From positions 1-56,450 of the forward strand of contig JAHFBE010000003.1 of the NCBI GenBank assembly GCA_023250205.1: a DNA stretch of 56,450 nucleotides, in the 5' to 3' direction. Both the position numbers and the translations under genes were made by a program. This DNA is from Candidatus Melainabacteria bacterium. Lineage in GTDB: Bacteria; Cyanobacteriota; Vampirovibrionia; 2-02-FULL-35-15. Positions 47,513-56,450 of the stretch are shown in pieces (the first letter of the stretch is position 1; each line of letters opens with the position of its first letter). Below the pieces are notes generated by a model. That model was not told the origin of the DNA. It saw nothing but the letters and a program-made list of their open reading frames with translations, and made no database searches.

Positions 47513-48655
47513 TTACGTTAATTTAAGGAGAATCTCATTATTTACAAATAATCCTTTGTCAGTAAGATGAATTTTATTGTTTAAAAGTTCTAAATAACCA
47601 TCATTTGATAGGTCATTTAGCAGGGTTGATATCTCTTTCTTACTTCTTGAGGATATCTCTTTTATTAAATCTAGCTCAAAACCTGTATTTAGCCTTGAAT
47701 TCAACATAATTTTTTCAAATTTTAGGTCTGTATGAAAATCAATTATATTTTCTATATTTGGATATGAAATATATGTTTCGAGATCTTTATGATTGCTAGT
47801 GCGTAAGTTATTTAAGCATCTATGAGCTCCAGTTCCAAATGCAAAAAAATCTTTGGCCAACCAATAATTTATATTGTGTTTTGATTCATATCCGGGTTTT
47901 GCAAAATTACTTACTTCGTAGTGAGTGAAATTATTTTCTTTTAAGATTGAACATAGTTCAAAATATAAGTCAAAAGAAAAATCATCAGTAGGTAATAGCT
48001 TTGGATTTTTGTAAATAAGCTCAAAAGGAGTATTGGGTTCTATTGATAAAGAATATGAAGAAATATGTTTTGGTTCAAATTCAAGTGCTCTTAGAATAGT
48101 TTCTTTCCATATTTCTTTTGTTATTCCAGGAACTGCGTAAATAAAATCAAGATTAAAATTTATTATCCCTGCTTTTTTAATTTTAAAAATTGCTTCAATG
48201 GTCTCATCTACAGAGTGTTTCCTGCCAAGAGTTGAGAGAATATTTTCATTAAAACTTTGAGCTCCAATGCTTATCCTGTTTATCCCAAGATTTGTATAAC
48301 CTTCAAGGAAATCATCCCTTGCAGTCCCTGGATTTAATTCCATTGTTATTTCACAGGCTTTGTCAAAAGTAAAAAATTGATTTAGTTCAGCAAATAATTT
48401 TTTATAATATTTAGGTTCTACTAGTGATGGAGTTCCACCGCCAATAAATATAGTTTGAATATTTTTTTTACTATAAGATCCTGTAGGAGATATAAAATAA
48501 GCTTCGCACTTTGTTCTTATCTCAGAAATTAATGATTCAAAGTATTGATCAATTAAGTGTTCTTTTTTTGCCCAAGAGGCAAAGTCGCAATATGGACACT
48601 TTGTCTTGCAAAATGGAATGTGGATATAAATGCTTTCAGCTTTAATATTTTGCAT
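47513..48655 (-). CDS. hemW: Radical SAM heme chaperone HemW (HemN-like)
   Basis: YIHIPFCKTKCPYCDF, IFIGGGTPS, NRISIGAQSF, HYEVSNFA. Confidence 0.92.
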   Translation of the reverse strand: MQNIKAESIYIHIPFCKTKCPYCDFASWAKKEHLIDQYFESLISEIRTKCEAYFISPTGSYSKKNIQTIFIGGGTPSLVEPKYYKKLFAELNQFFTFDKACEITMELNPGTARDDFLEGYTNLGINRISIGAQSFNENILSTLGRKHSVDETIEAIFKIKKAGIINFNLDFIYAVPGITKEIWKETILRALEFEPKHISSYSLSIEPNTPFELIYKNPKLLPTDDFSFDLYFELCSILKENNFTHYEVSNFAKPGYESKHNINYWLAKDFFAFGTGAHRCLNNLRTSNHKDLETYISYPNIENIIDFHTDLKFEKIMLNSRLNTGFELDLIKEISSRSKKEISTLLNDLSNDGYLELLNNKIHLTDKGLFVNNEILLKLT

Positions 48656-50071
48656 CTATTTACTTTCTCTGCTTAAAAGGTAAGCTGCATGTGTCGTGGC
48701 ACCGACATCCAATTTTACTACTACTTGTTTAAGGCTTAAATCTATTATTGATATTACATTTGTTGTTTCGCTTGTAACAAATAGCCATTTATTGTCAGGA
48801 GTGATCTTTAGATCGCTTGGAAATTGTGTTTCAACTGGTAGTGGGATAGCATCTGTAACAATCTCATTCTCAAGGTCAATGATATTTATAGTATTTGATT
48901 TTGCATTTGCTACGAATAAAAATTTATAATTTGAATCAAATATAAGAGCAGTTGGAGTTTCACCAACTGGAATAGTGTTTCTAACTTTTTTATTAATCAG
49001 GTCTAATATTGTAATGCTGTTTCCTGTTCTATTTGCAATATAAAGAAAATTATTTATAGGATTATAAATTAATTTTTGAGGATTTCCTTCTCCGAGCATC
49101 AATTGATTTTTAACGGAAAAATCAATTGAACTTAAAAATTCTAAGGAGTTTAAACTTGGACATGATATTGCAATTAAATCCAGATTTTTTATTATGGAAA
49201 ATCCTGCAGGATTTGGAGAAACCATAACGGAAAATAAAACTTTTGACTCAGCAGTTTTATATACAGTAAATTTATTTGTCAGGCTTTCAAGTATGTATAT
49301 TAGAGAGCCATCTTCTGACAGATCAATGTCTACAGGAGATGACATCGCAGAAAATTTAAGAGTATTGTGAATTGAGTTTTCTAAGGGTTTTAGAGTGTAA
49401 ATTAGATCTTTTGCAAAATCACTTACATAGAAAAGTTTGTTTACTCTGTCAAATGAAATATCCCAGGGAGCCCCTTTTGTTTGAATCTTATAAATCATTG
49501 AACTGTCACTTAGATCTAAATAAACGACTTTTCCTGTATCAGGACTTGTAAGATACAAGTATCCACTTAAGTTTAATGAAGAGAGTGGATTTGGATCTTT
49601 TTCGATTTTTATTTGTAGTCCATTAGCTAATATTGATAAATCTTCTTTCAAGGTAAATCCTTTTGGAATAACGAGATCTTTTGGGAATCTCGTGCTTAAA
49701 AAGCTGTTTCGAATTGATTCTGAAACAGCTTGTAGATCAATAATGGAGAAGCCTCCGTCTTTTTGTTTTATTAATTTGGCAAAGAACCATCCATTTGAAA
49801 GTTGAATTAAAACTGGAAAATTTTTATCAGATGGATCTTCTATAGTTGATACAATCTCAACCTTTCTGGATATATTTGGATCTTGTGTAATAAGAGGGAG
49901 ATAGATGACTTTATCATTAACTGTAAATGAATTGTCAATTTTATAAGAGATGCCTACAAATTTTTTCTTTAAAATCTCTTTTGTTGCAGGAGAAAGCTCG
50001 GTTGCATTAGCAGAAACATTTAGTAACATTAAAAATAAAATAGTTGTTAAGCAATATCGAAAACAGTTCAT
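48656..50071 (-). CDS. Secreted YncE/YVTN-type beta-propeller protein
   Basis: Signal peptide; repeated LYIAN..GNSITILD, IPVGETP, LFVANAKSNTINIID. Confidence 0.8.
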   Translation of the reverse strand: MNCFRYCLTTILFLMLLNVSANATELSPATKEILKKKFVGISYKIDNSFTVNDKVIYLPLITQDPNISRKVEIVSTIEDPSDKNFPVLIQLSNGWFFAKLIKQKDGGFSIIDLQAVSESIRNSFLSTRFPKDLVIPKGFTLKEDLSILANGLQIKIEKDPNPLSSLNLSGYLYLTSPDTGKVVYLDLSDSSMIYKIQTKGAPWDISFDRVNKLFYVSDFAKDLIYTLKPLENSIHNTLKFSAMSSPVDIDLSEDGSLIYILESLTNKFTVYKTAESKVLFSVMVSPNPAGFSIIKNLDLIAISCPSLNSLEFLSSIDFSVKNQLMLGEGNPQKLIYNPINNFLYIANRTGNSITILDLINKKVRNTIPVGETPTALIFDSNYKFLFVANAKSNTINIIDLENEIVTDAIPLPVETQFPSDLKITPDNKWLFVTSETTNVISIIDLSLKQVVVKLDVGATTHAAYLLSRESK

Positions 50072-52575
50072 ACTTCAATACCAAAGGTGAGAATTTGAAA
50101 TGGTTTAGCTTGAAATGCAATCTTGGTTTGTTTAAAAGTATCAAGGATTTCTTCACTGAGGGTTAAGGAGGATATTTTTTTATAGTCAAAATTAACTTTG
50201 ATTTCACAATTACTTAACTGTTCATTTGTAGGATTGAAAACTCTTAATATGAATATATTTTCCTTGTCTTCAGCTCTTTTTAATGAGCTTATTGTGAGTT
50301 TTGGGGAAACGGTAATAAATGAATCTAAATTAAAACAGGAATCTGATTGACTTATATTTAACGGAGTTTGATAAATCAAAGATTCATCCTGGATTAAACT
50401 TGTTTCCCAGCAATCAGCGTGTGGCAAAATTGAATAGGAGAATTCAATTTCTCTATTACATTGTGCCTCAGGTGTTTCAATCAATGAGTGGGATTTTACT
50501 GTAGAAAGTCTTTCTACTGCTCTAATTAACGTTATTGCAAAACCATTTCCATCTTTATATAGTTCGTAATCAGCAAGCCCACCGCCAAAAAATGCAAGTC
50601 CACTGAGGTCATTATTATGATCTATCCAGTTATATAAGGGTTGTGAATTCGCATAATTTATCCAATCAACAGGTGGACGAGATCTTCTTATAATTCCAAA
50701 AGGTGTGTCTGCAGTAATATAGTTTGTTTGAAGATGTGTGGGGATATGTAATCTGATCCTTTTATTTTTTAAAGTATTTTGAATATTGGTTTTAATGTCA
50801 ATCCTTCTTGAATTGCTATAACATGTAATTTCATGCTTAATATTAACTACTTCATTTGAGGTTAATAAAATCTTTTTTCTAAGATTATTTTCTTCAATGA
50901 TTCTTATATTCCACTTCCAATTTGTAGATAAAACGATTTCTCCAAGTTCATTCGGTACAAAATTATATTCATCTCCTTTATCATCTTCAATTGATAAGAA
51001 ATGAATATCTTCAAATTTGTGATTAGCTTCTTTTAGATGAACAGAAAAAGAGCCATTTTTATTTATATCTAACTTGTATTGTTCGTTTTGAAAGACCTCT
51101 CTATTACTTCCGAACATTGCTTTTCTTTCTTTTTCATCAGTAGAAATCTCATAGCTAATTATTGAATAGGGTTTAATATTTGCTTCAAACAAAATTTTAA
51201 TCTTTTGAAATGCTTGTAGTAATGGTACTTCATGTTTTGAACGCACCATTCTATAGGTCTGATAACTTTCAAGTATTTCAGGATGTATCTCCCTACTGTC
51301 ATGCTTTAAAGTTATATTTTTTATTTCTGGTTTGTTTATAGTAGGAGTAGCAGAAGCGTGCTCTGCTACTGGACCAAGTGGTAGCTCCAACTCTGCTTCA
51401 ATTACCTCTTTTCTGTAGTAATTAGTTAGATTTGTTACTTGAAGATATTGTTTTGTGCTGTCATTTGAGAATGTGGATAATAAATTTTCTTTAAGTTTAT
51501 CTAAGACCTGATTTACTTTTAAAAAACGAATTTCCATTTCTCTGTGCACTTCATCAAGAGAACATCCGCAGATTGAATCATGTGCATGGTTTTGGATTAA
51601 TAGTTTCCAAGCATATTTAATTTCATCAAATGGATAATTAAGCTTATTTTGAATGCTTAATATTGTGGCTAATGGTTCAATAACTTTTTCTAATAATGTT
51701 TGACATTTGTAATTCATGAGTTTTAAATAAACTCTGCTGGAAAGGGTACCCGCAAGAATATATTTGTTATTGTCAGAACGCAGTTCACCAAAGCAAATCG
51801 GATAGTTTTCACTATTTGGATTTGAAATTATGTTTTGAATAGCTTTAGGTAGTGTGTCCTGTTTTAATTGCCATTTCTGATTTGAATCTAAGGATTTTAA
51901 AATCGTAGGGAGATCTTCCTGTGCATAAAGATGATCACAGCCATTCATTAAAAGAATATGATTCGATAATGTTGTCTTCGAATGTGTTTCAAAAATCTTA
52001 TCTATATATTTGTGAGTATCTTTAGCTGGAACGTTTTGTGCATTGTTATACCAGTGTGTAAGAGAAATAGCTAGAATATTTTCACCATTTAATCCCACCC
52101 ATTTGTGTTCAGCAATACTATCCTGAATACCACGACCTAATATAGCGGAATTAATATTAAAACTTCTAAAAATTTGAGGAAGTTGTGCTATTTGTCCAAA
52201 CTGATCAGGACAATAACCTACAAGCATCGCATTTCCAAATTCTTTTGTGTCTCTAATACCATAGAGCAAATTTCTAATAGTGGCTTCTCCGCTGGATAAA
52301 AATTGATCTGATAAAACATACCAAGGTCCAATTAAAAGATTTCCTGACTTTACAAACTTTTTAATTTGCTCTTTTTTATGAGGTTTTATTTCTAAATAAT
52401 CCTGCAAAATAATTGTTTGACCATCCAGATGAAAGATGAAATCTTTATTCTTTTCTATGAGATTTAATAATCTATCTATTAGTTCTACAAGTTCCAGTCT
52501 AAATACTTCAAATGGCAAATACCATTCTCTATCCCAGTGAGTATGTGAAATAACATGAAAAACGGTTTGCTGCAT
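50068..52575 (-). CDS. Glycoside hydrolase family 38 (alpha-mannosidase-like)
   Basis: HVISHTHWDREWY, FHLDGQT, IGPWYVLSD, DQFGQ, QNHAHDSICGCS. Confidence 0.94.
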   Translation of the reverse strand: MQQTVFHVISHTHWDREWYLPFEVFRLELVELIDRLLNLIEKNKDFIFHLDGQTIILQDYLEIKPHKKEQIKKFVKSGNLLIGPWYVLSDQFLSSGEATIRNLLYGIRDTKEFGNAMLVGYCPDQFGQIAQLPQIFRSFNINSAILGRGIQDSIAEHKWVGLNGENILAISLTHWYNNAQNVPAKDTHKYIDKIFETHSKTTLSNHILLMNGCDHLYAQEDLPTILKSLDSNQKWQLKQDTLPKAIQNIISNPNSENYPICFGELRSDNNKYILAGTLSSRVYLKLMNYKCQTLLEKVIEPLATILSIQNKLNYPFDEIKYAWKLLIQNHAHDSICGCSLDEVHREMEIRFLKVNQVLDKLKENLLSTFSNDSTKQYLQVTNLTNYYRKEVIEAELELPLGPVAEHASATPTINKPEIKNITLKHDSREIHPEILESYQTYRMVRSKHEVPLLQAFQKIKILFEANIKPYSIISYEISTDEKERKAMFGSNREVFQNEQYKLDINKNGSFSVHLKEANHKFEDIHFLSIEDDKGDEYNFVPNELGEIVLSTNWKWNIRIIEENNLRKKILLTSNEVVNIKHEITCYSNSRRIDIKTNIQNTLKNKRIRLHIPTHLQTNYITADTPFGIIRRSRPPVDWINYANSQPLYNWIDHNNDLSGLAFFGGGLADYELYKDGNGFAITLIRAVERLSTVKSHSLIETPEAQCNREIEFSYSILPHADCWETSLIQDESLIYQTPLNISQSDSCFNLDSFITVSPKLTISSLKRAEDKENIFILRVFNPTNEQLSNCEIKVNFDYKKISSLTLSEEILDTFKQTKIAFQAKPFQILTFGIEV

Positions 52576-52685
52576 TATTTTATTCAGAATGTCTTTGAAA
52601 TTGTATACATTTATAGTTTACTTGATATCGAAGCTTTATGGTATTGCTTCTTTAAAGAGGTGTGTGTAAAGCTTTTACATATAAC

Positions 52686-52753
52686 GTCATTGCGAGGAGG
52701 TACCTTAGTACCGACCCGCTCCGCCCGCGGAACGAGGCGAGCGCGGCAATCTC
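52686..52753. repeat. Left half of a REP-like element with a GC-rich insert
   Basis: gtcattgcgagga...cggcaatctc is present; no matching right half follows directly. Confidence 0.7.
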
Positions 52754-52849
52754 ATAACGTTAAAATATTGTCACATCTCAGTGTAAACAATATTTCTTTA
52801 ATACAAAATAATTTATGAAGATAAAACTAAACTTATTGTAACTATTCAC

Positions 52850-52944
52850 GTCATTGCGAGGAGGCTCTAAAAAAGCCGACGCGGCAATCTCCTAACGTTC
52901 TTGAGATTGCTTCGTCACAACTAAAAGTTGTTCCTCGCAATGAC
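52850..52944. repeat. REP-like element, copy 5
   Basis: gtcattgcgagga...cggcaatctc ctaacgttctt gagattgcttcg...tcctcgcaatgac. Confidence 0.9.
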
Positions 52945-52987
52945 ATTATGAGCTAGCAATTTAAAAGACTGAATAGTTACAACTTAT

Positions 52988-53320
52988 TTAAGCTACTCTC
53001 ATTCCCCGAGCTCCAGCAGTTAGAGCTAGTGCAACATCATAGAAACCAAGCCATCCATCACCATTAAGGTCACCACGTACACCGGTTTGTTGATTAACAA
53101 AGTTTTGATCGTTTAATGTATGTGCCACATTATTTAATCCAAGTTGTGTCACTGGAATATTAAAATCACGACCTATTAATTGTGCTAATCCTAAAGCTAT
53201 TGGTCCACTGATATTTCCAAAATTGACTAATTGATTGGTTCCTGTTTGTCCAAATGCAGTTAACTGAGGATCTCTTTGTTGAGCCATCATTTGCATCCAC
53301 ATTTCTTCTGGGCTAGGCAT
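52988..53320 (-). CDS. Small protein with C-terminal EF-hand/dockerin-like loop
   Basis: Strong ggagga SD; GDLNGDGWLGFYD motif. Confidence 0.65.
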   Translation of the reverse strand: MPSPEEMWMQMMAQQRDPQLTAFGQTGTNQLVNFGNISGPIALGLAQLIGRDFNIPVTQLGLNNVAHTLNDQNFVNQQTGVRGDLNGDGWLGFYDVALALTAGARGMRVA

Positions 53321-53424
53321 AAATACTCCTCCACTTGTGTCTATTAAAAATTAATTGAAGATTGCTTCAATCTGCCGAGATTGTAAGTAATAATGATTAA
53401 AGCAAAGTTAAACATTAGTTAGAT

Positions 53425-54861
53425 TTAATGATTTAAAGAGTAGTCACTATGGTTTAAAAGGGTTCCGGGAACATTGTCTTTTAAACTAACAAGCCAGTTT
53501 TTAATAAAGTTCAAAGCTAAACAATCATCATGATTATATTCAATACTTAAGTCTAAGTATTTCTTGTCTTTTGTTTCTAAATAGCTGCTATACCAGCACA
53601 TTGACTGTATTGCGTTTGCGTCTTTATTTCTCCATTTAAATCCAAGTGTTTTTGCAATATTTTTCAATGAATAGCTACTGACTGGTAATATTACTGAATC
53701 TCTGACTATCTTTTCAACATTGATTAAATTTACTTTTGGAAGATGTTTCCATTTTTCTTCAAAGATTGATTGTTCGTAATGTCCGTAGTGATAAAAAGTA
53801 TAATCTTTATGCTTATCTAAAAAATTAGCCAGATCATTTGAAAGTTGCTCTTCTGATTCTTCTAGTAGTAAAGAAATAAATTCACTTTTTTCTCCAGTAA
53901 TTTTTAATAGTCCAGCCAGATAATCAATTCTTAGTAGCTCAGTCCCTTTTTCATTTAGAACCATATCACTTTCAAAATCTATGTAGATCTCTTTTTCCTC
54001 TTGTTTTATTTCAGGAGTAGATTTTATGTAAATCTTTTTTTCTTTTAGGCATTTTGCTTGTATTAATACTGTTTTCTTTTTTTCTCCTGCTAATTCTTCT
54101 ATTTCAGAGAAATCATCTTCTGTGCAGTTTGCCAGCTCTGCATAATTTTTAATTGGAATATTTAAAAGCTTTTCTTTTAGTTTTTTATTTATGCCATATA
54201 TTAATGATAAATCCTCTTTTTTATTTGCTTCTGGGAGGCAAACGTTATACCACTGACAGGTTTGACAATTTGAATCTATAAATAAATCAGGCATAGATTC
54301 AGGATCATTTAAGATTTTTCTGCTTTCAATAATTCCATTAATTACCTGTTTCATTAATGAGTAAAAATGCTTAATCTGCAAATCCATATCAAGAAGTAAA
54401 AGCCCACCGTACAAAGGGGTAAATCCTTGAATCTCTCCAAGTAGATATGAATAACAGGCAAGTTGGAATAAATATCGCTCTCTTGATGTTGATGCACTTT
54501 TAACATCAACAGGATAGTAATAGTAATCACCAAGCAGTGAGTGTCCAGGGGCTTTGATTAGAAAATCAGGAATCCCCCGGAGATCATCGTTTTTTAAGAC
54601 CCCCTGATAAATAGTTTCAACACCAGCTTTCATAAACTTTAGTGTTTCTTCAAGCCCTTTTTCGTAATCTCCAATTTTATATTTGGGTTTTTCATATTGA
54701 AAGAAATCTATAACATTTGACTCATAGGTGCGTCCAAATTTCCATAAGCGCTTTAAAAAATCACTTGGTGCAAGTTCTAGATTTTTGTCACCATATTGAT
54801 TTAAAAAAAGAAGCCTTGGGCAGCGATAATAATTTAATAGCTCTGAAACGCTAAATTGCAA
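53425..54861 (-). CDS. TM0106 family RecB-like nuclease with C-terminal RNase H-like domain
   Basis: YYRCPR, IYQGVL, GIPDFL...VDVKS, QLACYS, CxxCxW..VC, YIDFE, YSLKNIA..LGF.W, YNHDDC; TTG start. Confidence 0.9.
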   Translation of the reverse strand: MQFSVSELLNYYRCPRLLFLNQYGDKNLELAPSDFLKRLWKFGRTYESNVIDFFQYEKPKYKIGDYEKGLEETLKFMKAGVETIYQGVLKNDDLRGIPDFLIKAPGHSLLGDYYYYPVDVKSASTSRERYLFQLACYSYLLGEIQGFTPLYGGLLLLDMDLQIKHFYSLMKQVINGIIESRKILNDPESMPDLFIDSNCQTCQWYNVCLPEANKKEDLSLIYGINKKLKEKLLNIPIKNYAELANCTEDDFSEIEELAGEKKKTVLIQAKCLKEKKIYIKSTPEIKQEEKEIYIDFESDMVLNEKGTELLRIDYLAGLLKITGEKSEFISLLLEESEEQLSNDLANFLDKHKDYTFYHYGHYEQSIFEEKWKHLPKVNLINVEKIVRDSVILPVSSYSLKNIAKTLGFKWRNKDANAIQSMCWYSSYLETKDKKYLDLSIEYNHDDCLALNFIKNWLVSLKDNVPGTLLNHSDYSLNH

Positions 54862-54862
54862 A

Positions 54863-54889
54863 CTACTTTCCTAATCTTCGGTGAAATGC
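54863..54889 (-). repeat. Imperfect duplicate of the last nine codons of the 55011-55217 ORF (both read AFHRRLGK*)
   Basis: gcatttcaccgaagattaggaaagtag versus gcatttcacagaagattagggaaataa, 148 nt apart. Confidence 0.8.
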
Positions 54890-55010
54890 TTCTTTATAAC
54901 GCTCGGTGACTGCTACGCAGATCACTTCGCTATTTTTCTGTAGCGTGACACCGACGTTGCGGTTTGTCGTATATGACAAACCTCTACTTGATTCCATTAA
55001 AACACCCATA

Positions 55011-55217
55011 TTATTTCCCTAATCTTCTGTGAAATGCATTGAAAGATTGCCCTGGGTTTCCACCTTTTGATTTCCCTGGATTTGAGAACTGCTGAAAAGG
55101 TTTTGGTGGTGGAGGCTGAAATCCTTTTTTCTTGTTTTCTGCATTTGTTTTATTTTCTGTATTTGTTTTATCCTGTGGATTGTCTTTTTGACGTTTTTGA
55201 TCTTTATTTGCTGACAT
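55011..55217 (-). CDS. Small basic low-complexity protein (68 aa)
   Basis: aaaggaa SD; K/Q/N/P-rich; ends FNAFHRRLGK. Confidence 0.6.
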   Translation of the reverse strand: MSANKDQKRQKDNPQDKTNTENKTNAENKKKGFQPPPPKPFQQFSNPGKSKGGNPGQSFNAFHRRLGK

Positions 55218-55278
55218 AGTTTTAATTCCTTTTGATTTATTATACCCAAATCAATAATTATTTATAATCTGCCTAAAA

Positions 55279-55638
55279 CTACTGCCTCTTTATTCTATTA
55301 ACAGCATAATAATCAACTATTTCACCAATTGACAGTGAACTTTTATCTTCCCAATCTCTTACTACTGCAGGATCAATTTCTCCAATAAGTCTTTCAAGGG
55401 GAGCTACTATTTTATAACCAATCGTGGCACTTTCAGTAAAGAATATATCCCCATCTGGATCCCCAAGAATACTATCTTCACTTAGCTCAGTGCTTGGAAT
55501 GTTCATCACTTTAGATACAATTCTTATAACATTATGAGATAACTCTTCTCTGCTGGAAAAGAATCGTTCTTTGGGATGAACAAGTTTACGTTCAAGATAG
55601 TTATTCAAGCCAAATAAAGATTTAAGACATTTCAGCAT
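55279..55638 (-). CDS. Hypothetical protein with weak acyl-carrier-protein-like pattern
   Basis: VIRIVSKVMNIPSTELSEDS.L ... SIGEIVDYY resembles ACP helix 1 and the C-terminus; no canonical DSL. Confidence 0.45.
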   Translation of the reverse strand: MLKCLKSLFGLNNYLERKLVHPKERFFSSREELSHNVIRIVSKVMNIPSTELSEDSILGDPDGDIFFTESATIGYKIVAPLERLIGEIDPAVVRDWEDKSSLSIGEIVDYYAVNRIKRQ

Positions 55639-55780
55639 AGTAATAACAATTATAGAACTACTAAGTTAAGGAATTTACTAAATGAAACTTAATCAAAATT
55701 CACATTTCATGTTTGAAAAGTTGATTTATAATTTAAATAATCATTATTAAATTGGTTTATAAAAAACAAAGGGAGGTTTT

Positions 55781-56450
55781 GTGACTACTCAACCTGTTAG
55801 TAGAATATCTTTACCAGTGCATCAAAGCAGCTCAATTGCTTCTTATAGAAAAGAAGATCTTGATAGGCTTAATGAAACACTTAGTTTGTTTAATCAAGAT
55901 CAAAAGTCCAGAAAAATCCCTTCTGCCTGGTATACAGATCCTCAAATTTATAAAGCGGAGCTTCAGGAAGTATTTGGAAGAAACTGGATAGGAGTTGGGC
56001 ATGTAGAGCAAGCTCCTAACCCATTAACATTTTTTCAGGAGAAGATTGATAAAAAACCTCTGCTTGTTTTAAAAGATAAAGATGCAAATTTACGAGCTTT
56101 TGCAAATGTTTGCCGTCATAGTTTGTATCCTGTAGTAAAAGGAGCTAGCGGTGTTCTGGAAAAGGATAAAGATGGAAATGGAATACTAGAGTGTAAAAAT
56201 CATGGTTGGTGTTATGAGCCTTCTGGAGGACAAGTTTGCTATATCCCGGAACCAGGGAAGATGCCTGGAATTAATAAAAAAGATCTTAGTCTAATTCCAT
56301 TTGAAGTAGATAAATGGGGTCCACTTGTTTTTGTGCGTATGGAAAAAGATGATGATTCTCCTTCTCTTGCGTCTGTATTAGCACCTCTTATAGAGCAAAC
56401 AGCGAATAGGGATTTGTCTGCATTTAAATGGAGAAAGCGAATAGAGTATA
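55781..56450 (+). CDS. Rieske non-heme iron oxygenase alpha subunit (choline-monooxygenase-like), 3'-truncated; absent from the ORF track
   Basis: gggagg SD then GTG; manual translation gives PSAWYTDPQIYKAELQEVF, ANVCRH and CKNHGWCY (Rieske CxH...CxxH), WGPLVFV. Confidence 0.88.
   Translation, partial: MTTQPVSRISLPVHQSSSIASYRKEDLDRLNETLSLFNQDQKSRKIPSAWYTDPQIYKAELQEVFGRNWIGVGHVEQAPNPLTFFQEKIDKKPLLVLKDKDANLRAFANVCRHSLYPVVKGASGVLEKDKDGNGILECKNHGWCYEPSGGQVCYIPEPGKMPGINKKDLSLIPFEVDKWGPLVFVRMEKDDDSPSLASVLAPLIEQTANRDLSAFKWRKRIEY

Noticed and set aside
52555-52818. 87-aa plus-strand ORF
   Set aside because: It runs through the GH38 start and a REP half-element, and has no coding features.
55019-55249. 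76-aa alternative-frame ORF
   Set aside because: It overlaps the 68-aa ORF, which has the better SD and the duplicated, synonymously conserved tail.

Overview
AT-rich bacterial chromosome segment with about 45 genes. It has no rRNA, CRISPR array, integrase or transposase. The gene mix (csaB, tagA, yggT, a stand-alone mraY, DUF4388, long-insert nusB, no photosynthesis genes) suggests a non-photosynthetic cyanobacterial relative such as Melainabacteria/Vampirovibrionia; this is inference only. Contents in order: (1) the 3' end of an Ehr/Hyf-type membrane complex (hyfF-hyfG-hyfI) with an acetate-channel gene, a beta-carbonic anhydrase, ArsR and SulP; (2) housekeeping genes (rpe, fsa/tal, secD, mraY, hisA, tmk-like, tRNA-Thr, oppA, nusB, Fe-ADH, Thr dehydratase, tRNA nucleotidyltransferase, hemW, GH38, TM0106 nuclease, a Rieske oxygenase cut by the window end); (3) three large secreted modular proteins, including a 2795-aa poly-Ser-linked protein between csaB and tagA; (4) a tandem pair of unknown paralogues; and (5) many small non-autonomous repeats. 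The strongest leads are as follows. The hydrogenase-like complex has an inverted cofactor pattern: the large subunit keeps both CxxC motifs, while the small subunit has lost its canonical Fe-S cysteines, and it sits next to CO2/bicarbonate genes. REP-like palindromes are inserted in frame in the tRNA nucleotidyltransferase. Two 3'-end duplications each flank about 120 bp of hairpin-containing DNA. A 104-bp structured element occurs twice upstream of unrelated genes. All counts and alignments were done by eye.
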